From assembly GCA_963797855.1 (NCBI GenBank), contig CAWCQX010000005.1, positions 4,443-68,442 on the forward strand: 64,000 nt of DNA, given 5' to 3'. Within the stretch, counting starts at the first letter, position 1. Every line of letters begins with the position of its first letter. Below the pieces are notes generated by a model. The model was not told the origin of the DNA. It ran no database searches and worked only from the letters and a program-made list of their open reading frames with translations. Below are positions 42,584 through 51,322 of the stretch, in pieces. This DNA comes from an uncultured Chloroflexia bacterium. Its GTDB lineage: Bacteria; Chloroflexota; Limnocylindria; QHBO01. Both the position numbers and the translations under genes were made by a program.

Positions 42584-43571
42584 CAAGGGTCCCGCATTCC
42601 GCGAGAACATCCATCGGCTGTTCGACGAGGCACAGTCGACCGACCTCGCTCCGGGCATCGTCTCGCTCATCGAGTCACGCGGAACGCACGCGCAGATCCG
42701 CGAGGTGCCGGTCTCGAAGATCCTCCCCAATCCGGCGCAGCCGCGACTCACCTACGACGAGGAGTCGCTGACCGAGCTCGCCGCCTCCATCCGCGAGCAC
42801 GGCGTCCTCCAGCCGATCCTCGTGCGGCCCAGCGGCTCGAAGTTCGAGCTCATCGCCGGCGAACGGCGCTGGCGCGCGTCGAGCATGGCGGAGCGCGAGA
42901 CGATTCCGGCGATCGTCGCCGAGTTCGACGATCAGACCGCGCTCGAGGTCAGCATCATCGAGAACCTCCAGCGCGAGGACGTCTCGCCGCTCGAGGAGGC
43001 GACGATGTTCCGCAAGATGACCGAGACCTTCGGCTACTCGCTGCGTCAGCTGGCCCAGAAGGTCGGCAAGGACAAGGGCTACATCGAGAATCGGCTGCGC
43101 CTGACCGATGCGCCCGCCGACGTTCGGGAGCTCGTGTCCGTGCGCAAGGACACGATCAGCCACGCCTACGAGCTGATGAAGATCGGGGACGAGCGCAAGC
43201 GGCGCCGGCTCGAGAAGCGCATCGTGGCCGGCGAGCTGTCACTGGCCAAGCTGCGACTGATCACGGGGACGACGCGGCAGCCGGAGAACGGCGACAGCCA
43301 CGAAGAGCGCAAGCCTCGCCGGCGGGCACGCACCGTCGCGGGTCAGGTGGCCGACGCGCGGGCCGCGGACGATGCCCTGATGGGCGCAAGGTCGAAGCTC
43401 GCCGAGGGCATCGACGACCTCGTCGACATCCTTCGCCAGCCGGAGCTCCTCGAGCAGATCCCCGAGGTCAACCGCTCGAACTTCGCGAAGCACCTGACGA
43501 TCACGAAGCTGAAGATCGAGAACGCGATCGCGATCATTCGGGCCGGGGCCCCAGCCGCGGAGGGCGAGTAG
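42576..43571 (+). CDS. parB: ParB/Spo0J partition protein
   Basis: Intact 331-aa ORF containing ILPNPAQPR, LIAGERRWRAS and an HTH segment. Confidence 0.9.
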   Translation: MASKGPAFRENIHRLFDEAQSTDLAPGIVSLIESRGTHAQIREVPVSKILPNPAQPRLTYDEESLTELAASIREHGVLQPILVRPSGSKFELIAGERRWRASSMAERETIPAIVAEFDDQTALEVSIIENLQREDVSPLEEATMFRKMTETFGYSLRQLAQKVGKDKGYIENRLRLTDAPADVRELVSVRKDTISHAYELMKIGDERKRRRLEKRIVAGELSLAKLRLITGTTRQPENGDSHEERKPRRRARTVAGQVADARAADDALMGARSKLAEGIDDLVDILRQPELLEQIPEVNRSNFAKHLTITKLKIENAIAIIRAGAPAAEGE

Positions 43572-43577
43572 CCGCCC

Positions 43578-43934
43578 TCAGGCGACGTAGCTCATCACCT
43601 CGCGATTGGCGACGAGGAAGTCGACCAGCTTCTCCTGGGCCTTCGGATCGGTCCGGCGCAGGCCGGCGATCGCCTTCGGCAGCTCGAAGATCGGCGCGGC
43701 CAGCGATCCGGCCGTGTCGATGCCGACGACATGGTCCGGTCCCCCGCCGACGAGGAAGGCGCGCTGGAAGCCGCGCTCGTCGAGCCCGGCGGCCCGGCAG
43801 AACGAGGCGATCGCCGTCCCGACGCCCATGCGCTTGGCGAAGTCCATGAACAGGTCGGCGGCCCAGGCGTCCACCTGGCCGGCGTCCTGGTCCTCCACCA
43901 TCTCCCGATAGCTGCGCTCGTCGACCTCGCTCAT
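43578..43934 (-). CDS. Hypothetical protein (118 aa)
   Basis: Clean ORF filling the gap between parB and the next gene. I recognise no motif. Confidence 0.55.
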   Translation of the reverse strand: MSEVDERSYREMVEDQDAGQVDAWAADLFMDFAKRMGVGTAIASFCRAAGLDERGFQRAFLVGGGPDHVVGIDTAGSLAAPIFELPKAIAGLRRTDPKAQEKLVDFLVANREVMSYVA

Positions 43935-44012
43935 CTCGGCCGATTCTAGCGAGCCGGCGACGCGCCGCGCGAGGCCACGCGACGGCTCCGCGCTGCGTTA
44001 TCCTCGCCGCGG

Positions 44013-44609
44013 ATGATCGACCAGCACTCCGACCCGCGAACCGAGGACACCGTCGTCTTCGAGCTCCTGCGCACCGAGCGCGGCGGCACGCGCCCGGAGA
44101 TCGTCGGCCGGGCCGTGTTCCGCGGCGGGCAGTCCACGATCGAGGCTTCCGACGAGATTCGGGCGGCCGTCGAGGAGCTGCTCGACCGGGCCTTCGTCGA
44201 TCGCGTTCGGGCGGACGAGCGACCGCGGGGCTACCGGCGGACCGGCCAGGGAATCGTCGACCTCCTCGTCCCGGGAATGCCCGAGCACTTCATCGCCCGG
44301 ATGCGCGGGCTCTGGCTCAGCTACCCGGACGGATCGGTGATCACCGCCCGCGCGGCGACGGCCGGCTCCTCGACCGCCGTGGCCCTGCCGGAGTCAACCG
44401 ACGTCGGCCCGCCGGTGACGGACGCGCGGACGCGCCGCGCCACCCTCGGGACGGCCGACCGGACGCTGGGCACGCGGCCGCTGGTCCTCAGCCACCCGCC
44501 CGATACCGGCATCCGCCCGGTCGGCGAGACTCCCAGCGATCGGCGTATCGCCGGTCAGCCGGACCGACTGCGGCTGGCTGGTCTGAGCATGGGTATCATC
44601 CACCCATGA
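44013..44609 (+). CDS. Hypothetical protein (198 aa)
   Basis: ORF with an ATGA overlap to the next small ORF. I recognise no motif, and the C-terminal half is low-complexity. Confidence 0.5.
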   Translation: MIDQHSDPRTEDTVVFELLRTERGGTRPEIVGRAVFRGGQSTIEASDEIRAAVEELLDRAFVDRVRADERPRGYRRTGQGIVDLLVPGMPEHFIARMRGLWLSYPDGSVITARAATAGSSTAVALPESTDVGPPVTDARTRRATLGTADRTLGTRPLVLSHPPDTGIRPVGETPSDRRIAGQPDRLRLAGLSMGIIHP

Positions 44610-44816
44610 CCCTGCTGCAGCGCCTGGCGCTCCCGATCCTCGTGCTCATCGTCGACGTCGCGTACTGGGTCCTGACCTACGAGCCGGCCGGCACCGTGCT
44701 GCTGTTCCTCTTCGCGATCGCCCTCGGGCGTGATGATGACCGTGCTCGGCCCGACCTTGAACGACGTCGGGCCGACGGCCCCGGTCGACCCGGATTGGCA
44801 CGAGCGGCGGGCCTGA
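44606..44816 (+). CDS. Small two-TM membrane protein (about 70 aa). One frame break at about 44730.
   Basis: Sequence is MTLLQRLALPILVLIVDVAYWVLTYEPAGTVLLFLFAIALG, continuing in the next frame as VMMTVLGPTLNDVGPTAPVDPDWHERRA. Confidence 0.4.
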
Positions 44817-44837
44817 GCCTCGCCGGGCATGCAGAGA

Positions 44838-44888
44838 GCCGGACACTGCGGCTGCCCTGGCGGCTGAGCCGCCAACGCAGTGTCCGGC
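44838..44888 (+). terminator. 13-bp stem-loop with a nested hairpin and no U-tract; possible terminator or processing site
   Basis: GCCGGACACTGCG pairs with CGCAGTGTCCGGC. The 25-nt loop contains GGCGGC-TGA-GCCGCC. Confidence 0.3.
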
Positions 44889-44976
44889 ACAAAGGTACTA
44901 ACGGGAGATCGGCCCCGGCGTTAGTCTCGGGACGCTGCACCGGGTCCGCGGATCGAAGAGACGGAGGTCGCAGACG

Positions 44977-45423
44977 ATGACGGTCGTTGCCATCCACCTC
45001 GGCGCCGTCCACGGCGCGCCGGTCGAAGCGGTGGCATCGGTCGAGGCTCGAGCCGGGAAGGGACTCGAGGGCGACCGCCACTTCCACGCCGACGGCAACG
45101 CCGACCCGGGTGAGGCGCTGACCCTCGTCGAGGCGGAGGTCGTGGACGAGGTCGGACTGCCGCCGGGCGGGACGCGACGCCAGGTGACCGTTCGCGGCGT
45201 GCGCCTGAACGACCTGATCGGCCGGCGATTCCGGGTCGGCGAGCGTCGAGTGCTACGGGGTCAAGCTCTGCGAGCCGTGCCTCACCCTCGAGGGGAACAC
45301 GCGCCCCGGCATCATCCGCGAGCTCGTGCATCGGGCCGGGATCAACGCCGACATCCTCAACGACGGCACGATCTCCGTCGGCGACGAGATCACGACCCCG
45401 GACGACCTGACGCATCCGGTTGA
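44977..45423 (+). CDS. MOSC-domain protein. One frame break at about 45244, and probably a second near 45400-45420.
   Basis: Sequence runs MTVVAIHLGAVHG...GLEGDRH...FRVG, then in the next frame VECYGVKLCEPCLTLEG...AGINADILNDGTISVGDEI. Confidence 0.72.
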   Translation: MTVVAIHLGAVHGAPVEAVASVEARAGKGLEGDRHFHADGNADPGEALTLVEAEVVDEVGLPPGGTRRQVTVRGVRLNDLIGRRFRVGERRVLRGQALRAVPHPRGEHAPRHHPRARASGRDQRRHPQRRHDLRRRRDHDPGRPDASG

Positions 45424-45918
45424 TCAGTCGTCGAAGCGGAACCGGGTCGGGTCCCGGGTGATGTCCGTCCAGGCGATGGCCTTGCGCGGCCGGATGGCGA
45501 TCGCCCCGTTGGCCCGATAGAAGTCGGGCGTCATCCGATATTCGGGAAACTTCGCGTTCGACGCGGCCGCCAGCGCCGTGGCGAGCTCTTCATCGATGCC
45601 GGTGAGGACTTCGGCGTCGCCCTCGACGATGATGATCTCCTCGGTGCCATCGAGATGGATCGTCACGTGGGGGTTCTCCCCCACCTCGCGCACCCACCGC
45701 GTCTCCGGGCTTCCGCCGACGTAGAGCGTGCCATCCACGTAGAGGCCATCGATCGGACGGACGCGCGGGCGGCCGCTGCGGCCGACGGTGACGACCCAGT
45801 AGAGGCGATCGGCCGCCAACCGCTCCTCGACGCGGCTCCACTCGACGAACTCGGTGGCCTTCGTGATGCCGTAGTCGGCCGGGATGGCCGGGCGGTCGAT
45901 ACGGGGAGCGTTCATCAA
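45424..45918 (-). CDS. Pyridoxamine 5'-phosphate oxidase-family (split-barrel flavin/deazaflavin-binding) protein
   Basis: Intact 164-aa ORF with a family-typical ...YWVVTVGRSGRPRVRPIDGLYVDGTLYVG... core. Confidence 0.8.
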   Translation of the reverse strand: MMNAPRIDRPAIPADYGITKATEFVEWSRVEERLAADRLYWVVTVGRSGRPRVRPIDGLYVDGTLYVGGSPETRWVREVGENPHVTIHLDGTEEIIIVEGDAEVLTGIDEELATALAAASNAKFPEYRMTPDFYRANGAIAIRPRKAIAWTDITRDPTRFRFDD

Positions 45919-45949
45919 CGTACCGGATCGTCTGCGGGCGGGCGGAGGG

Positions 45950-46024
45950 TGGCTCCGGCGGTAGGATTCGAACCTACGACCAAGCGGTTAACAGCCGCCC
46001 GCTCTACCACTGAGCTACGCCGGA
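45950..46024 (-). tRNA. tRNA-Asn (anticodon GUU), CCA encoded
   Basis: Reverse complement is TCCGGCGTAGCTCAGTGGTAGAGCGGGCGGCTGTTAACCGCTTGGTCGTAGGTTCGAATCCTACCGCCGGAGCCA. Confidence 0.93.
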
Positions 46025-46065
46025 ACGCACGAAGGAGCCATCGGTTGGCTCATCGGGACGGGCGG

Positions 46066-46095
46066 ATGATACCGCGGCCCCGATGGGAGGGTCAA
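46066..46095 (-). promoter_or_regulatory. Promoter candidate for tRNA-Asn: -35 TTGACC, 18-nt spacer, -10 TATCAT
   Basis: Minus strand reads TTGACCCTCCCATCGGGGCCGCGGTATCAT. It lies about 40 nt upstream of the tRNA 5' end. Confidence 0.45.
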
Positions 46096-46223
46096 AGAAC
46101 CGAGCGGCTGCGGTGATGCGCCATCGGCGGCGTCGCGTAGTACCTGCGTCAACGCCGCCGCATCGGATCGGGCCCATCAGTGCGGTCGGCATGTTCCCGC
46201 GAACTCACGAGGAGACCACGCTC

Positions 46224-47763
46224 ATGGCGCCTGCCCTGAACCGGACGGCAGCTCGCACGATGGCCGTCATCATCGCGATCGCCGCCCTGCTCGTGTCGGT
46301 CGTCGTGCCGAACGCGATCCAAGGGTCGAGCCACCGGGAGGCCCCGCTCATCAGCAGGGACCCGACGGCTGACAACACCGACCTTTACGCGTTCGTCTCG
46401 CCCGACAAGCCGAACACCGTGACGATCATCGCCAACTACATCCCGCTGGAGGAACCGGCTGGCGGGCCAAACTTCAACTCGTTCGACGACAACGTCCTGT
46501 ACGAGATCAAGGTCGACAACAGCGGCGACGCGAAGGCCGACCTGACCTATCAGTTCCGGTTCAAGACCAGCATCGGCGAGTCCGACCTGTTCGGCCCGTC
46601 GTTCCTGTACAACGACTTCACGATCGACTCACCCACCGATCCTGACCTGCTGCTTCGCCAGAGTTACACCGTGACCCGTGTGAAGAACGGCTCGTCGACG
46701 AAGGTCGGGTGGTGGCACCGTGCCGCCGGTCAATGTCGGGCCGCGCTCGACCCCGAGCTACGAGTCCGCGCTCGCCAGTCCCGCGATTGCGACGCTCAAC
46801 GGTGGCGTCAAGGCCTTCGCCGGGCAGCGGGACGACTCGTTCTTCGTCGATCTCGGATCGATCTTCGACCTCGGCGGACTTCGCCCGTTCGACCCCGCAC
46901 ACCTCGCACCGATCACGCCGGCGACGCCGGGGGTCGATGGAGTGGGCGGGTTCAACACTCACACGATCTCGCTGCAGATCCCGATCACGAAGCTGACGCG
47001 CGACGGGAAGATGCACGCCCTCGGCGATCCCGAGGCGGTCATCGGCGTGTGGGCGACGGCCAGCCGACCGCAGGTCACCGTCCTGAGCTCCGGCAGCGCA
47101 TCGGCCCGGGGGCCGTGGGTGCAGGTTTCGCGGCTTGGGAATCCGCTGATCAACGAGGTGATCATCCCCACGAAGCTGAAGGACCGATGGAACTCTCAGG
47201 CTCCGAGCGGGGACGCGCAGTTCGCGAAGTACTACACCTCGCCTGCGCTCGCCAACATCGTCAACACGGTCTACCCACCGCTCGTGAACGCACGAACGAC
47301 GGGACGCGCGGACCTGGCGGCGATCCTGCTCACCGGCCTGACCTTGCCCGATGGCACGAAGTTCACCTTCACGGGGAACGTGCAGGCCGACATGCTGCGG
47401 CTCAACACCGCGGTGCCGCCATGCACGGCCGACGCGGTCACCGATGACATGGGCAGCTGCTCACGGCTTGGTGTCCTCGACGGCGACCTGGCCGGCTTCC
47501 CGAACGGGCGCCGGCTCGCAGACGACGTCACCGACATCGAGCTGCGGGCCGTCGTGGACGGCTACGGGTCGTTCGTGAACGGGATCTTCGGCACGCTGAC
47601 ACCGAACAACGAGCCGAATAACGACGTCGGGGACGGGGTCAATGTCAATGACCGCGACTTCCTCTCGGCGTTCCCCTACCAGGCCACGCCCCACCAGGGG
47701 TATGAGATGGGACCCACGGACATGCATCACCCGCCTGGTGATGTGAGCACCGGGCCCCTGTAG
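46224..47763 (+). CDS. Secreted DUF4331-family protein. One frame break at about 46710.
   Basis: Signal/TM segment followed by the SSHREAP motif (...IQGSSHREAPLISRDPTADNTDLYAF...). It continues in ORF 46720..47763 (QRDDSFFVDLG...RLGNPLINEVIIP...). GAGGAG lies upstream of ATG 46224. Confidence 0.85.
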
Positions 47764-47779
47764 GTCGCGAGACCGATCC

Positions 47780-47810
47780 GAGTGGGGCCGGCGCGAGGCC
47801 GGCCCCACTC
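47780..47810 (+). terminator. Perfect 13-bp GC-rich hairpin between the DUF4331 and TPR genes, with no U-tract
   Basis: GAGTGGGGCCGGC-gcgag-GCCGGCCCCACTC. Confidence 0.35.
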
Positions 47811-47836
47811 GAGCCCTGACAGCTGGAGGTGCCCGC

Positions 47837-49180
47837 GTGACCATGCCGATCCGATCGCGCCGCGTTATCTCGGTCGTGATCGGTGCCACCCTCGCCATCA
47901 CTGTCGCCATCGTCGCGGCGCTGATCGTCGTGGTCCCACGGCTCAACGGCACGGCGCCCGCCGCCCAGGTGCTGGCCGAGGCGGCCCGCCAGCGAACGCT
48001 GGGCGCGTCCGACCTCGCCGTCGGCAACGCGGCGTCGGCGACGCGTGAGTCGCCCGAGAGCCCTGAGGCTTTCACCCGCCTCGGGTCCGCTCTCCTCGAG
48101 CAGGTGCGCGTGACCGGCGATCCATCGGCCTACGCGCGAGCCGAGACGGCCTTCGACCGCGCCCTCGCCCTAGACGCCGACGACCCGGCCGCCCTGATCG
48201 GTCGTGGAACCCTCGCCCTTGCCCGCCATGAGTTCGCCGATGCCCTCGAGCTCGGCGAGCGTGTGCGCATCCTCGCGCCGGAGATCGTGATCACGGATGG
48301 GGTGATCGGTGACGCGCAGGTCGAGCTCGGACGCTATGACGAAGCCATCGAGACGATTCAACACATGGTCGATGCCCGCCCCGACCTCGCGTCCTACAGC
48401 CGCGTCGCCTACCTGCGCGAGCTGCACGGGGATCTCGACGGAGCCATCGCAGCGATGGAGCTCGCGCTGGCCGCCGGTGGCCCCACGGTCGAGAACACCG
48501 AGTACGTGCGGGTGCAACTCGGACACCTGCAGCTGGCCGCGGGACGGCCCGACCTCGCCGAGCGTCTCTACCGGGCGTCGATCGCGCGCCTGCCTGGCTA
48601 CGTTCCTGCCGTCGGAGGCCTCGCCCGTGTCGCGATCGGTCGCGGCGACTTCGACGAAGCGATCGACCTCCTGACCGAAGCCACGCATCGCCAGCCCTTG
48701 CCGGAGCTCATCGTCCTGCTCGGCGAGACTCTCGAAGCCGATGGGCGTCCCGACGAGGCGCAGGCCGAGTACGACCTGGCCGAGGCGATCCAGCGCCTGT
48801 ACGCGGCCAATGGAGTGACGATCGACCTCGAGCTGGCGGCTTTCACCGCCGCGCACGGTGACCCTTCGGAAGCGCTCGACCTGGCCCGACAGGCCTACGA
48901 GCAGCGGCCGACGATCTACGCGGCCGACACGCTCGCCTGGGCGCTCCATCGGTCTGGAGATGATCGCGAGGCCGATCGATACGCTCATGAGGCATTGAGG
49001 CTGGGCAGCCGCGACGCACGCCTCCTCTACCACGCGGGTGCGATCGCCGTCGCGCTCGGCGACCCCGTCCGCGCACGAGAGCTCCTGACGCAGTCGCTGG
49101 CCGGGAATCCGGCCTTCAGCCCGCTGGATGGGCCGCGGGCCGAGCGGCTCCTCGACCGACTGGCGGTCGCGACGCCGTGA
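47837..49180 (+). CDS. Membrane-anchored tetratricopeptide-repeat protein
   Basis: Intact 447-aa ORF with an N-terminal TM segment followed by repeated A/L/Y-rich TPR-like units. GGAGG lies upstream of the GTG start. Confidence 0.8.
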   Translation: MTMPIRSRRVISVVIGATLAITVAIVAALIVVVPRLNGTAPAAQVLAEAARQRTLGASDLAVGNAASATRESPESPEAFTRLGSALLEQVRVTGDPSAYARAETAFDRALALDADDPAALIGRGTLALARHEFADALELGERVRILAPEIVITDGVIGDAQVELGRYDEAIETIQHMVDARPDLASYSRVAYLRELHGDLDGAIAAMELALAAGGPTVENTEYVRVQLGHLQLAAGRPDLAERLYRASIARLPGYVPAVGGLARVAIGRGDFDEAIDLLTEATHRQPLPELIVLLGETLEADGRPDEAQAEYDLAEAIQRLYAANGVTIDLELAAFTAAHGDPSEALDLARQAYEQRPTIYAADTLAWALHRSGDDREADRYAHEALRLGSRDARLLYHAGAIAVALGDPVRARELLTQSLAGNPAFSPLDGPRAERLLDRLAVATP

Positions 49181-49192
49181 GGCCCCTACGGC

Positions 49193-51319
49193 CTACTCGA
49201 GGTAGTCCTTCAGCTTCCGGCTGCGGCTCGGGTGGCGCAGCTTGCGCAGCGCCTTCGCCTCGATCTGCCGGATCCGCTCGCGGGTCACGTTGAAGTCGCG
49301 CCCGACCTCCTCGAGGGTCCGCGATCGGCCGTCCTCGAGCCCGAAGCGCAGCTGGAGCACGCGTCGCTCCCGCGGCGTGAGCGAGTCGAGCACGCCCTCC
49401 ACCTGCTCCTTGAGCAGCTGGTGGCTCGCGGCGTCGGCCGGCGCCACCGAGGCGAGGTCCGGGATGAAGTCACCGAGGTGGCTGTCCTCCTCCTCGCCGA
49501 TCGGCGTCTCGAGGCTCACCGGCTCCTGGCTGACCTTCATGATCTCGCGCACCTTCTCCGGCGAGACGGTCTGCGGGCCCTCGCCGACGCGCTCGTCGAC
49601 CTCGGCCTCGGTCGGCTCGCGCTGGAGCTTGTCGCGGAGCTCGCGGATCACCTCGTCGCGGCTCATGCGCCGGGCGATCTCCTCGACCGTCGGCTCCCGC
49701 CCGAGCTCCTGGAGCAGGGTGCGGCTGACCCGGATCAGGCGGTTGATCGTCTCGACCATGTGGACCGGGATGCGGATCGTGCGCGCCTGGTCGGCGATCG
49801 CGCGCGTGATCGCCTGCCGGATCCACCACGTCGCGTACGTGCTGAACTTGAAGCCCTTCTCGTAGTCGAACTTCTCGACCGCCCGGATGAGGCCGATGTT
49901 CCCCTCCTGGATGAGGTCCAGGAAGCTCATGCCGCGACCGATGTACTTCTTGGCGATGCTGACCACCAGGCGCAGGTTGGCCTCGGTCAGGCGCTTGCGC
50001 GCATCGGTGCTCTGCTCGACCAGGCGGCCCGAGCGCTTCTCGAGCGGGACGTCGAGCGGGATGGTCGGGTCGTAGCCGAGGCTGAGCAGGTACTCCGGGT
50101 CATGGCCGGACTCGATGTAGTCCTTGACGATGTCCTGGGTCGTCTCGCGCGCCCAGGCCTCGAGCTCGTAGAGCTCGACCGATCCGGGATGGCTGACCGA
50201 TCGGAACCGATAGGTGGCGCCGAACAGGATCGCGTCCTTGATCCCCTGGGCCGGATCCGAGGCGAGGACCTTGAGGATCGACTCGCCCTCCATCAGCCGG
50301 GTCCGGGCCTCGTCGTCGAGGTTGCCGGCGCGCCGCGCCTTCGAGAGCCGGATCGTCGGCGGCTCGATCGTCTTGCGCCGCCGCCCGGTCCACCAGTCGA
50401 TCGCGTCGTGGGTGACGTGCGGCGCCTCGCGGGGCAGGTCGAAGGCGCGCATCGCGGCCATGCTGCGGGCCTTCGGCTCGCTGTCGAGCGTGACCCAGGC
50501 GAAGAGGTTCACGAGCGAGCGGGCCGGGTCCTCGACGATCAGCTCGCCGAGCTCGATCGCCTTGGCCAGGACGACCTCTTCCTCGGCGGTGAGCAGCGCG
50601 ACCTTGCCGATCTCCTTGAGGTACATCCGCACCGGGTCGTCGATGCCGATGAGGTCGGCGGCCAGGGCCTCGAGGTCCTCCTCGCCCTCCTTGGCCGGTG
50701 CCGGCCGGGGCCGGGCCGGGAGGGCGCTCGTCCTCATCGGGCTCGCCGATGAGCGTCGGCTGGTTCTGCGCGTCGAGGACCTCGACGCCGGCCTCCTCGG
50801 CCGCGGCGTACAGCTCCTCGACCGCGCCCATGTGCGCCTCGGGCTCCGGAATGGCGGCGAGGATCTGGTCATGGGTGATGAAGCCCTCTTCGCGCCCGCG
50901 CGCGATGAGGTCGACGACCGCGGCCGAGGCCGCGCCGTCGTCGCCGGCTCCGTTCTTGCCCGCCGCCGCGCCCTTCTTGGCCGCTCCAGCCTTCGGAGCC
51001 GGCCGCCTTCGCTGCTGCCGCCTTCGGGGCAGCCGCCTTCGGTGCAGGCGCCTTGGCGGCGGCCTTCGGCCGTCGCGGCCGCCTTCGGTGCAGCCGCCTT
51101 GCGTGGCGGCCTTGGCAGTCGCCGCGGCCTTCGCGGGCGCGGCCTTCGCGGTTGCCGCCTTCGCGGCGCCGCTGCCTTCGCGCGCGGCCTTCGGCCGTCG
51201 TCGCCGTGCCTTCGGCTTCGCGGCCGTGGCGGCCTTCACGGAGCCGCCGTGTCCGTCTTCGTCTTCGTGTCCGTCGCGGGCTTGGCCGCGGGGCGCTTGG
51301 TTGGCGTGGATGTCGCCAC
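49193..51319 (-). CDS. rpoD: Primary sigma factor RpoD/SigA with an Ala/Lys/Pro-rich N-terminal tail and an insertion of about 185 aa between regions 1.2 and 2. At least four frame breaks at about 51245, 51100, 51000 and 50725.
   Basis: ORF 49193..50872 contains [53 protein letters not shown] and [18 protein letters not shown]. The start is GTG 51319, after AGAGGAGGAAGTAACCC. Confidence 0.9.
50960..51240 (-). repeat. Imperfect short tandem repeats (plus-strand units resembling GCCGCCTTCGG) encoding the AKAA/PKAA low-complexity tail of RpoD
   Basis: Repeated gccttcgg / gccgccttcg strings are visible by eye across the interval. Confidence 0.5.
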
Positions 51320-51322
51320 GGG

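Noticed and set aside
41657-43600. A parS centromere (TGTTTCACGTGAAACA-like) near parAB
   Set aside because: I found no 16-mer of that type by eye in or around parAB. The CACGTTGTG-centred inverted repeat at 41719-41737 matches DnaA-box consensus better than parS. A computational scan that allows mismatches is still needed.
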